Assembly: GCF_020745735.1 (NCBI RefSeq) | Contig: NC_083426.1 | Span: 39,866,001 to 39,930,000 of the forward strand | DNA length: 64,000 nucleotides | Source: Hemiscyllium ocellatum | Taxonomy: Eukaryota | Direction of reading: 5' to 3' | Part shown: positions 12,522 through 24,270 of the stretch, one piece after another | Layout of the letters: every line of letters starts with the position of its first letter | How positions within the stretch are numbered: the stretch's first letter is position 1 | Position numbers and translations under genes: made by a program | Notes under the pieces: model-generated | Told to the model about the DNA's origin: nothing | Seen by the model: the letters and a program-made list of their open reading frames with translations, nothing else | The model's database searches: none

Positions 12522-13290
12522 ATGAACATAAGAACTTAAAATCAGGAGGATGATCATATCACACACTCCGTTGAACCTGCTCTGCATTTCTTAAAATCAC
12601 AACTGAATTTTAGCATCAACTCTTTTTTTTTGTGCCTATCCCAATATTGCTCAATTCTGTGAACGTCAAAAAACTTAATGAACTCATCTTGATTTTGTGC
12701 AAAAACTGAGCATCCCTAGCTCTCTGTAAATGTAGAACTGGCAGTAGTAGTAGGCCATTTGATCCCAAGGAGCATGCTCTACCATTTAATGAAACCATAG
12801 CCAATCTGATTGTTGCATCAACTCTTTGTCCTGTTTTTCCAGCTGCATCCTTCTTCCTCATAACCCTCCATTTCTTTGTGAAGAATTTCTCCTTATGTCA
12901 ATCCTCAGTGGCTGACTCCTTATCCTGAAACCATGACTCCCTCTCCATCCTGTCCTCAACATTCCAGCCAGGGGGAACAACCTCTCAACATCTACTTTAT
13001 CAAGTCCTTTAAAGATTTTATTCCTAACAATGTGATCACCTCTCATTCTTTTGAACTGCACAAAACACCAGCTCCTTCGACTTGGTGCTCTTTCATTTGA
13101 CAGCTGTCTTCTCCCAGGATTAAATGGAGTGAATCTTCATTACACACTCATCTAGACAAGTGTACCTACACTGGGAAAGAAGACCAAACTGCACGTAGTA
13201 CTCTAGAAGGCAACTCTATAAAGCCCTGCATAATTTCAGCAAGGCTTCCTTACATCTTTTACTGCACCATTCTTGCAATAAAGACTCATT
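12522..13290 (-). mobile_element. Old CR1 LINE 3' fragments
   Basis: ORF 12858..13061 (RMRGD...KIFKGLDKVDVERLFP) matches the CR1 ORF2 C-termini elsewhere in the window. Confidence 0.65.
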
Positions 13291-13592
13291 GCTTTTCAGG
13301 TTGGCAGTGCTTAATCCGTCAGTGTATCCTGCTCAACCTTGTGCTAATCTCTGTCTAAGACGCACTCCAGTTTATGTAATTGTGTGTAGGGAATGCAGAC
13401 AGACTCTGAAAATCTCCTGCAGAGAGTGATATGGGGTCAGTGACTGCTGGAGTCTGACTCTACAATGAGAAACTCCATACTAGGACAAAAACATTGGTGC
13501 TAAATAGTGCAGCTCTGACCAAAATGGCTTACACCAACAAAACATTTCAGCAATACTTATGAGAGTAGGCCATCATTTTGTCAGGGGCTTAC

Positions 13593-13685
13593 CTACACAG
13601 CCTGTGATGTTGGTGTTCAGTCGTTGTTGAGCATCAGCCCTCCTTATAGGAGCCCCACAGCTCACAGTGTAACTGTTATCAGAAC
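13593..13685 (-). CDS. SCUBE3: SCUBE3-like spacer exon (GSDNSYTVSCGAPIRRADAQQRLNTNITGCV)
   Basis: 93 nt, tttctgccAG...GTaag, phase 1-1; YTVSCG motif and N-I-T sequon at the position expected between the neighbouring exons. Confidence 0.85.
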
Positions 13686-16024
13686 CTGGCAGAAACAGGA
13701 ACAGTAGAGGAAGAGACTTATATTTACTGACAGCAATTCACTGTTTGAAGCATGTGCAGAATAATTATACTGAACAACAGTTACAATTCAGGGTAACCTT
13801 CTTCCCTCCTAAAGTTGGTGACCGATGCAGATTTCTGCAATGTTGGACAACTTCAAGTATCGTGCCCAGCTGACCTCTCTTCACTTGCGAAGTTATAACA
13901 TGAACTCTGACAGGATCTTCAGTTTTGACAGGACATCAAAAGCAAAGCCTAATCCTGGTTTCTGTCCTGTCCATCCATGCTATACATGTACATATACACT
14001 GACATACGCACACAAACGCTTGCTCTCACTGGAGTCCCACCTTTACACAAACTGCTGCCTATCCCCATAGGGCTACTGGGGCTAACTGCATTGCCTATGA
14101 TTCTACTAGACAGTGCTAAGTGAATTGCTGTACAAAAAAAAACAGCATGGATTTGATGGGCTGGTGACCTTTCTGTCGTTATAACTTTTCTCATTGAGAA
14201 TAATGAATTCAGTTCAAGCTGGGAAGGGAGGGCGGGGTTTACAGTTTCAAAGAGTTAGGCTGACTCCTTGGCCTTTAAAAGTGGCAGGTGGGACCCGAAT
14301 GCAGAAACTGCATCTCTGCTTCTGGCAGATCCCATTTTGCTGGCAATGGAAGAGGGTGGGGAATGGAAGAGGGGAAGAACTCGAGCTCAGCCAGGCCATT
14401 TGACATTAGTTCTTAGCTCAATCGGAAACCATAGTGACTGTTCTAAAGCTTATCCGGAAGTGTCGGTGTCACAAATTGATGGAGGGGACATAACCAGTTT
14501 TCAAGGGCACATAAAAGTCTATAATTTATCATGATCTGAAGTTGAACAGCATGTTATATATCAGTAGTCTGAAGAGCACTGGTGTGATGACATTGCCTTA
14601 ATTGACCTCCATTTGTATTCATACTGAGTCTGTTGTGGATCTGTTGGTGAGGATGATGGCTTGCATGTTGTGCAACTGGCAGAGGATGGTGACAAACTTC
14701 TCTGGGCAACCAAATTTGAGAAGGACACTCCCTAGTTTGTCTCAGTTGGCAGAGTTGAATATGAGTTCAAAGAAGACCACATATAAAGGTTGCTGCTGGT
14801 CTCTGCCCTTTACTTGACCTTGCCTTGCTGGGAAGATCATGTCCATTGTGCCTCTTCATGGATGACACCTGCACCATGACTCAGGAAGTCTTCAGCCCCT
14901 GGGAAAAGGTGATTGAGGAGGATCCTTGCAATCACCTTCTCTGGGACAAACCTCTGTACATCTTTATGACTCTATGACTGCAATTGGGCTTATCTCCTTT
15001 ATTGAATATGGTCACAATTAGAGTCTCAGAGATCCTTGGAATATTTTCCTCCTTTCTGGTGAGGTCATGTATTCATGCCCAAAAGTGCTTCTTCATTGGA
15101 TTTTAATATTCCAGTGGGAATTCCATTTGTGCTGATGGTCTTGTTGGCTCCGAGCTGTCAGATTGGCTTATTTAACCACATGTCAAACCAGAGATTGGCT
15201 ACCACTACTTACACAGAACTACCTGGATGCTGAGGTGGTAGCATGCTATGGGATGTGATCAGGGCTACCCACATTAAGGACTGAGTTTCTGGTGAGAAGA
15301 TTCTCAAAGTACTCCGTCCATGAGGGCTTGCTGCCTCACTGTCCTTGATAAGATCAGTTCATTCTTAGCTCTTAATGGGGTAAGCTCTCACTTGGGTCAG
15401 AGATCGGTCTTGACTGTTTGAAGAATCCACACCTGTCAGGACTATTGACCAGTTGTTGAGTTCCTTGCACTTTTTCCACCCAACATTCCTTTCTTTGGGT
15501 CATGCTTTAACGTTGGGCCTCAGCCTTCATTTGTCTGTAGACTTGTTTTCTTTCCTTCAAGATTTCATAGTGTTTACAGTTCAAAATCAGCTTACATTTG
15601 CAATTTATTAGCTCTTGGACCTCCTGACCATTCTTCTCAAACCTGCCTTGATGCTTCCCTTTGGAGAAAGCCAAATTCTCCTCACAGGTGCTGTTTATCA
15701 TGGATATAAGAGCAGACTGACTGTGGTTCCTGCTCATTTGTGTGCTGCCAAGTTAACTGTGGGGTGCTGACTGAGTTATTCTTTCTTCGCAGACCCCTTG
15801 AGTATGGGTTTATGTCATGGTCCTGTTAGGTGTCCCTCGCAGAATCTACGTTATGATGATGATGATGATGCCCAGTCTGAGCTCCAAATTATTTTCAAAA
15901 TTTGTGTCCTTTCCGTGTGAATCACTGCATCATTTAGTTTTTCCCCTTGATACAGGATTTTATGATTTGAATTCAGTCTCTGATTATGTTCACTTACTAG
16001 ATGAACTCAGAACCCAAGATTTGT

Positions 16025-16346
16025 GGGCGGCACGGTGGCACAGTGGTTAGCACTGCTGCCTCACAGCGCCTGTAGACCCGGGTTCAATTCCCGACTCAGG
16101 CGACTGACTGTGTGGAGTTTGCACGTTCTCCCCGTGTCTGCGTGGGTTTCCTCCGGGTGCTCCGGTTTCCTCCCACAGTCCAAAGATGTGCGGGTCAGGT
16201 GAATTGGCCAAGCTAAATTGCCCGTAGTGTTAGGTAAGGGGTAAATGTAGGGGTATGGGTGGGTTGCGCTTCGGCGGGTCGGTGTGGACTTGTTGGGCCG
16301 AAGGGCCTGTTTCCACATTGTAAGTCTAATCTAATCTAATCTAATC
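16025..16346 (+). mobile_element. Full-length, young-looking HE1-type SINE
   Basis: tRNA-like head with A box (tggcacagtgg) and B box (ggttcaattcc), central core, CR1-like tail ending in (taatc)n; CpGs retained. Confidence 0.92.
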
Positions 16347-17158
16347 ACTTCCAGAAATCTCTACCAATGATTCTCACAATGCTGCTCACTGTGCTGTATG
16401 AAGAGGCAGATCCTTTGTCAGATCCCATTTAGATCACCATCGCTGTTCACCATGTTGTGTGTGCTGCCATCAATATCTTCTAGGTATACCTTTCTCCATG
16501 GCCCACGTGATCTAGTGTAGGTAAGGATAGCCAACTTATCGAGTCACTATAAGAGTCTCTCATAGCAAACATGATCGAGTTTATTGTATCTCTGCAACTA
16601 TTTACTTTTACAACCTATGAGGAGAGACTGTGAGGATGACCTGGTCTTAAGTCTGAATCCTTTAAGAACTTTGTGACTCTTTGCTCCAGTCCTCATAGCA
16701 TCATCAACGCTTACTATACTCAAGCAACTATTAACCCTTTCAGACCTGAGTACAACTGTAAAATTGGGAGCAGCCTCTGCACCCAAGCCATAGTAAAATT
16801 TTGCTGTAATTTGATAAATAATCACCTACCTTCAGAAGAAGAACTCAGGAAAAACATGGCTCCTCAATATCCAATTTAGAAATCATGGCAGTCAGTGAGA
16901 GTTTTACATTCAATACATATTTAACAAACAAACAAAAGTTTTAAAAAAAAACAACTTTCTAATGCCTTGATAAATGTACTCCCTGGACTGCCCTTAGCAG
17001 CATTCAGAAAGATGGAGTTCTATATTGAAGGCTCCAGGGATGATCTGAAAGACTGGCAACTCAGTTTCCACCAGTAAGGAAGGACATCCAGTGGCCTCAT
17101 GTTGAGCCTAGAATACTGAACAGAATGTGGGTCTCTCCTGACTTTGCATGAGGCCTAC

Positions 17159-17275
17159 CTGCCTGGAAGTGAGCCTTGGAGGCACAGCTGAGTGAGCAGG
17201 TTTCTCTCTTCCCACTTTTGATGCAGGAAAGTTGCGCTCGGGGAGGATTGGAACCCAGCAAACACTTTGCTGCCT
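17159..17275 (-). CDS. SCUBE3: SCUBE3-like spacer exon (EAAKCLLGSNPPRAQLSCIKSGKRETCSLSCASKAHFQA)
   Basis: 117 nt, ttttcAG...GTagg, phase 1-1; Cys spacing matches recalled human SCUBE3 EPLKC...[24 protein letters not shown]; lies within ORF 17097..17348. Confidence 0.88.
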
Positions 17276-17565
17276 CTGAAAATTTCAAAGAAATCAGTGT
17301 CACACATCTTGAAAAGCTACAGAAAAGCTGGAAAATATTTAAACTCAAAACGAGGGAGAAAGGAGTAATCTTAAACTAAACAGATTGAATGTAAAATCAG
17401 GGGAGTGTCTAATCTAAACCTGTCAGTTTCCCACTGGGAAGATTAAGTAAAATATCAAATAAAATGTTTACTTTATTCTGAGAGGTCAGCAGAGAACACA
17501 GCATCAACTGAGCCCGTTCTAATTTCCTGCAGGATCCAACAAGTCCAAAAAGTTCAGCTGACACA

Positions 17566-18593
17566 ATAGAACATAGAACATTACAGCGCAGTACAGGCCC
17601 TTCAGCCCTCTATGTTGCGCTGACCTGTGAAACCAATTTGAAGCCCATCTATCCTACATTATTCCATTCTCATTCATATATTTATCCAATGACCATGTAA
17701 ATGCCCTTAAAGTTGGTGAGTCTACTACTATTGCAGGCAGTGTGTTCCAGACAGTTCCTTACCATTCTCTGAGTAAAGAACCTACCTCTGACATCTGTCC
17801 TATATCTATCACGCCTCAATGTAAAGCTATGTACCCTTGTGCTAGCCATCGAGTGGACTCGATGGGCCGAATGGCCTTACTTCCACTCCTATGTCTTATG
17901 TCTTATCACCATCCACGGAAACAGGCTCTCACTGTCCACCTATCTAATCCTCTGATCATCTTGTATGTCTCTATTAAGTCACTTCTTAAACTTCTTCTCT
18001 CTAATGAAAACAGCCTCAAGTCCCTCAGCCTTTCCTCATAAGACCTTCCCTCCATACCAGACAACATCCTGGTATATCTCCTCTGCACCCTTTCCAATGC
18101 TTCCATATCCTTCCTATAATGTGGCGATGTAAACTGTGTGCAATACTCCAAGTGCAGCTGCATCAGAGTTTTGTACAGCTGCAACTTGACCTCATAGTTC
18201 CGAAACCAATCCCTCTACCAATCAAAGCTAACACACTGTATGCCTTCTTAACAACCCTATTAACCTGGGTGGCAACTTTCAGGGATCTATGCACGTGGAT
18301 ACCTAGAGATCTCTGCTCATCCACACTACCAAGAATCTTACCATTAGCCGAGTTCTCTGTATTCCTTTTACTCCTTCCAATGTACACCTTCACACTTTTC
18401 TGCATTAAACTCCATTTGCCACCTCTCAGCCCAGCTCTGCAGCTTATCTATGTTCCTCTGTAACCTGCAACATCCTTCTGTACTGTCCACAACTCCACTG
18501 ATCTTAGTGTCATCTGCAAATTTACTAACCCATCCTTCTATGCCCTCATCCAGGTCATTTAAAGAAATGACAAACAGCAGTGGCCCCAAAACA
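17566..18593 (-). mobile_element. 5'-truncated CR1 LINE with a 54-bp opposite-strand CR1 tail nested at 17851-17904
   Basis: GPLLFVI..NDL, KFADDTK, HLEYC, LERVQRR in minus-strand ORFs; (atagaac)n tail. Confidence 0.88.
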
Positions 18594-19286
18594 ATATTTC
18601 AGCAGAGTCTTTTGCATCCAAGCCCCAGGTTCTGATAAGACCAACAGTTTTCAGAAAACCCTTAAAAGGTTCCAATTGAACTTTGCTGAGGAATGCAGAA
18701 GCCCGATTGTTGATGAAGGGCGAGTTACTTGAATCTTTCTAATTTCTTGGTTACAACTTATTTCTTGGTTACAACTTGCATAATTAGAGATACAAAAACT
18801 GTTAAAAATTTTAAAAAACAAATTCAAAACTAATTGAATAAAATAAGAATGGAGGGTCAGGTGACATGCTGTGGGAGCTGGTGGACCCCATTGTGGTTCC
18901 CAGCAACCATGTCTGTAGTAAATGTTGGTTGCTGGAAGATTGTTGGCTCAGAGTTGATGATCTGGAGTCTGAGCTTCAAACATTGTGAGATATCAGGGAG
19001 GAGGGGAGAGTTACACCCCTTAGACTAACTAACTCAAGTTCAGCCAGTGGTCAGGGACAGGAGGGTGTGGCTAAGAGTGAGGCAGGCAGACGGATTCAGG
19101 AGCCTCAGCCCCTGACTTTGTCCAATAAATTCAAGAGCGCTGCTCCCTCTGTGGACGGGAATGGAGACTGCAGGGAGGATGAGCCGAATGACTGTAGCAT
19201 TGTGGTGCAGGGAGCCATTCAAGTAGGGGTAGAAAAGGGAAATGTTGTTGTAATTGGGGATAGTATAGTTAGAGGCATAGACGCTG

Positions 19287-19374
19287 TTCCTTGGATGCTG
19301 CCCGAACTGCTATGCTCTTCCAGCACCACTAATCCAGAATCTGGTTTCCAGCATCTGCAGTCATTGTTTTTACC
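19287..19374 (+). mobile_element. PLE family A terminal fragment inserted in CR1 ORF1
   Basis: Matches 61342-61437; flanked by ctgttc on both sides. Confidence 0.75.
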
Positions 19375-19438
19375 TACTGTTCTCTGTGACCAGGATCGAG
19401 AGTCCTGAAGGTTGTGTTGCCTGCTTGGTGCTCAGGTA

Positions 19439-19700
19439 TGGCACGATGGCACAATGGTTATCACTGCTGTGTGCTGTTTGCACATGCTCCCCGTGTCTGC
19501 GTGGGTTTCCTCTGGGTGCTCTGGTTTCCTCCCACAGTCCAAAAATGTGCAGGTAAGGTGAATTGGCCATGCTAAATTGCCCATCGTGTGAGGTCAAGGG
19601 GTAAATGTAGGTGAATGGGTCTGGGTGGGTTGCTCTTCGGAGGGTCGGTGTGGACTTGTTGGGCCGTAGGGCCTGTTTCCACACTGTAAGTAATCTAATC
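19439..19700 (+). mobile_element. HE1-type SINE with internal deletion, inserted in CR1 ORF1
   Basis: Aligns with 16025-16346 but lacks the B-box segment. Confidence 0.85.
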
Positions 19701-20964
19701 ATCTCATCTGGGCTGCAGACGAACTTGGTGTGGGAAGGTAAAGATGCAATGTTATGGTTCACGGAAGTATCAATGACAGACACAACAAGGGTAGGGAGTA
19801 TGAACAGCTAGGAGCTAAATTAGAAAGCAGAACCAAAAAGGTAATAATCTCTGAATGACTACCTGAGCCATGAGCTAATTGGCACAGGGTCAATAAGATT
19901 AAGCAGGTAAATGCATGGCTCAACGATTGGCGAAATGGGTTTGAATGCATGGGACATTGGCACTAATACTGGGGAATAAGGGACCTGTCCCAATGGGATG
20001 GTCTTCATCTGAACCGTGCTGGGACCAGTGTCCTAGCGAATCACATAACTAGGGTTGTAGACAGGGCTTTAAATTAAATGGGGGGGGGGGTGTTCTGTTA
20101 CACGGGAAATTAGAAGGAAGAGATAAGACTACAGAACTCAGGAGAGGTTATTAAAATCTCCAGCACAGACACAAACAGGACAGAGTGTATGGAAAGGGTT
20201 AGCAATCAAACCTCAAGCACACTGGACAAATGAATGACGATGGGAAGAAGCATGGTGAGTATAGGACTGAAGCTATTATATCTGAATGCATGCAGTATAT
20301 GGAATAGGTAAATGAGCTTGTGATGCAGATTGAAATTGGCAGGTACGATATAGTGGGCCTCACAGAGGCATGACTGCAAGGCCATAAGGATTGGGAGCTG
20401 AATATTCAAGGATATACATCCTACTGAAAACATAAGCAGGTGGGCAGAGGGAGTGGGGTTGCCTTATTACTAAAAAATTAAATTAAATCAATACAAGAAA
20501 TGAAGTAGGGTCAGATAGTGTAGAGTCTGTGTGGGTAGAATTGAGGAATTGCAAAGGTAAAAAAATCCATAGTTGGAGTTGTGTAAAGGCCTCTAAACCG
20601 TAGTCAGGAGCTAGGACAGAGATACACCAGGAGATAGAAAAGATATTTAGGGAAGGCAAAGTTACAGTGAACATGGGGAATTTCAATATATAGGTGGACT
20701 GGGAAATCAAGTTGATAGTTGACTGCAAGAAAAGGAATTTGTGGAATGTGTACAAGATGGCGTTTTGGAGCAGCTTGTGGTGGAGCCCACTAGGGAACAG
20801 GCAATACTGGATTTAGTGTTGTGCAATGAGGCAGACTTGATAAGGGAGCTTAAGGTGAAGGAACCCTTAGGAGGCAGTGATCATAATATAATTGAATTTA
20901 CTCTGCCTTTGAGAGGGAGAAGATAGAAACAGAGGTAACAGTATTACAGCTGAATAAAGGCTAC

Positions 20965-23900
20965 TTAAACCCTTGTGAAGAGCTCTAGCAAGCCTCCCGC
21001 CCGGGATATTGGTACAACACCAGTTCAGGTACAATCTGTTCTCCCTGGGATCTGTACAAGGAGGACAGGTTGCGCCTGAACTGGTGGTGTACCAATATCC
21101 TGGGCGGGAGGTTTGCTAGAGCTCTTTGCAAAGGTTTGGCAGGGGGATGAGAACCGGAGCTACCAATCAGAGGATGGAGTGGCTGGTGAGCAGGCAGATA
21201 CAGTGTGCAAAGAGTCTGTGATGAAGGATAGACAGCTGATAGGGCAAAGTTGCAGTCAGTGTGAGGAGTTGAAGTGCATCTAATTTAATGCAAGAAATCT
21301 CAGGAACAAGGGTGATGAACTTAAAAACATGGATCAATACTTGGAGCAATGATGTTGTGGCCATTACAGAGACTTGGATATCACAGGAGCAGGGATGGTT
21401 GTTGGATGATCTGGGGTTTAGATGTTTCATAAGGAATAGGGAGGGAGGTAAAAGAGGTGGCGGAGTGGCATTGCTACTCCGGGATAGTATCAAAGCTGCA
21501 GAAAGGGAGGTTGTCGAGTAGGGTTTGTCTATTGAGTCATTATGGGTGGAAGTCAGAAATAGGAAAGGAATTGGAGTTTTCTATAAACTCCCCATTAGCA
21601 ACAGAGATATGGTGGAGCAGATTGGGAGAGAGATTTTGAAAGGTGCAGAAGTAACAGGGTTGTGGTCATGGGTGACTTCAACTTCCCTAATATCGATGGG
21701 AACCTCCTTAGTGCAAATAGTTTGAATGGAGCAGATTTTGTCAGGTATGTCCAGGAAGGATTCCTGACTCAATATGTAGATAGGCTGACTACAGGGGAGG
21801 CCATATTGGATTTGTTGCTTAGCAACAAACCAGGTCAAATGTCAGATCTTTCAGTGGGAGAGCATTTTGGTGATAGTGATCACAACTCCCTAACCTTTAC
21901 TATGTCATGCAGTGGGATAGGAGCAGATGGCATGGAAAGTATTTAATTGGGAGAGGAGGAATTATAATGTTATTGGCAGGAACTGTGCAGCATAAATTGG
22001 GAATAGCTATTCTCAGGGAAGTGCATGACAAAAAAATGTTTTCTGTTTAGGAAGCACTTGCTTTGAGTGCTGGATAGGTTTGTCCCACTGAGGCAAGGAA
22101 GGGATGTAGGGTGAAGGAACCTTGGATGACAAGAGATGTGGAGCATCTAGTTAAGAGGAAGAAGGAAGCTTACTTAAGGTTGAGGAAGCAAGGATCAGAC
22201 AGGGCTCTAAAGGGTTGCAAGGTAGCCAGAAAGGAACTGAAGAATGGACTTAGGAGAGCTATAGGGGCATTATAAATCCTTGCCGGGTAGGATTAAGGAA
22301 ATTTCAAAGATGTTTTACATTTATATGAGGAACACGAGGATGGCCAGAGTGAGGTAGACAGATCAGGAATAGTGGAGGGAACTTGTGCCTGGAGTGGGAG
22401 GAGTTGGGGAGGTCCTTAATGAATACTTTACTTCAGTATTCACTAGGGAGCGGGACCTTGTTGTTTATGAGGACAGTGTGAAACAGACTGATATGCTCGA
22501 ATAGATTGATGTTAAGAAGGACAATGTGCTAGAAAGTGTGGAAAACACTAGGATAGATAAGTCCCCTGGGCCAGGTGGGATATGCCCAAGCTTTCTACAG
22601 GAAGCGAGTGAAGAGATTGCTGTGCCTTTGACAATGATCTTTGCATCCTCACCATCCACTGGAGTAATACCAGATGCTTGGAGTGTGGCAAATGTTATTC
22701 CTTTATTCAAGAAAGGGAATAGGGATAACCCTGAGAATAAGGTAAAGATGAGGAATGTAGATGCTGGAAACCCATGTCTGGATTAGAGTGGTGCTGGAAA
22801 AGCACAGCAGGTCAGGCAGCATCCAAGGAGCAGGAAAACTGACATTTCAGGCAAAGGGCTTTTGCCCGAATCGTTGATTTTCCTGCTTCTTGGATGCTGC
22901 CTGACCTGCTGTGCTTTTCCAGCACCACTCTAATCCATAACCCTGGGAATTACAGACCAGGCAATCTTACATCTGTGGTGGGCAAATTATTGGAGAGGAT
23001 TCTGAGAGACAGGATTTATGATTATTTGGAAAAGCACAGATTGATTAGAGATAGTCTGTATGGCTTTGTGAGGAACAGGTCATGCCTCACAAGCCTTATT
23101 GAATTCTTTGAGGATGGGACAAAACACATTGATGAAGGTAAAGCAGTAGACGTGGTGTATATGGATTTTAGCAAGGTGTTTGACAAGGTTCCTCATGGTA
23201 GGTTCATTCAGAAAATAAGGAGGCACGGGATACAGGGAAATCTGGCTGTCTGGATACAGAATTAGCTGGCCCATATAAGACAGAGGGTAATAGTAGGTGG
23301 AAAGTATTCAGCCTGGAGCTGGGTGACCAGTGGTGTTCCACAGGGATCTGTTCTGGAACCTCTGCGCTTTGTGATTTTTATAAATGACTTGGATGAGGAA
23401 GTGGAAGGATGGGTTAGTAAGTTTGCTGATGACACAAAGGTTAGTGGAGTTGTGGATAGTGTGGAGGGCTGTTTTAGGTTGCAATGGGACATTGACAGGA
23501 TGCAGAACTGGGCTGAGAAGTGGCAGATAGAGTTCAACCTGGAAAAGTGTGAAGTGATTCATTCTGGAAAGTTGAATTTGAATGCAGATTATTAAAGGCA
23601 GGATTCTTGGCAGTGTGGAGGAACAGAGGGATCTTAGGGTCCATGTCCATAGATCCCTCAAAGTTGCCACCTAAGTTGATAGGGTTGTTAAGAAAGCGTA
23701 TGTTGTGTTGGCTTTCATTAGCAGGGGGATTGAATTTAAGAGCTGTGAGGTTATGCTGCAGCTGTATAAAGCCCTGGTTAGACTACACTTGGAATATTGT
23801 GTTCAGTTCTGGTCGCTTTGTTATAGGAAAGATGTGGAAGCTTTAGAGAGGATGCAGAGGAGATTTATCAGGATGCTGCCTGGACTGGAGGGCATGTCTT

Positions 23901-24270
23901 ATAAAGAAAGGTTGAGGGAGCTAGGGCTTTTCTCATTGGAGTGAAGAAGGATGAGACGTGACTTGATAGAATTGTACAAGACGATGACAGCCAAAGATGG
24001 AATGGATGGCTAAAGACTTTTTCCCATGGGCGGTAATGGCAATCATGTGGGGGCATAATTTCAAGGTGATTGGAGAAAGGTTTAGGGGAGATGTCAGAGG
24101 TAGGTTCCTTTCACACAGAATGATGTGAGCAAGGAATGCACTGCCAGCAGCGGGAGTAGAGTCAGATACAATCGGGTCATTTAAGCAATCTTGGATAGGT
24201 GCCTGGATGATAGTAAAATTACTCTTAGAGTAGGTTAAAAGGTCGAGGGCCTGTACTGTGCTATACTGTT
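20965..24270 (+). mobile_element. CR1 LINE 'B' nested in CR1 'A', with inverted duplication at its 5' end
   Basis: End of ORF1, second APE (AITETW, GDFNFP, SDHN), RT (KFADDTK) and 3' tail; 20965-21046 is an inverted copy of 21058-21139. Confidence 0.85.
22739..22936. mobile_element. Fold-back PLE derivative (family A) inserted in CR1 'B' ORF2, 14-bp TSD
   Basis: ataaccctgagaat at 22725-22738 and ataaccctgggaat at 22937-22950; interrupts the DNPGNYRP motif. Confidence 0.9.

Noticed and set aside
16025-16100. tRNA gene
   Set aside because: A and B boxes belong to the HE1 SINE head, which continues into SINE core and tail.
14550-16600. Probable very old LINE-like sequence around the HE1 copy, with an (ATG)n run near 15853
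   Set aside because: No motif I could assign to a family with confidence.
18742-18777. Perfect 18-bp tandem duplication atttcttggttacaactt
   Set aside because: Real but most simply local slippage; no further structure.
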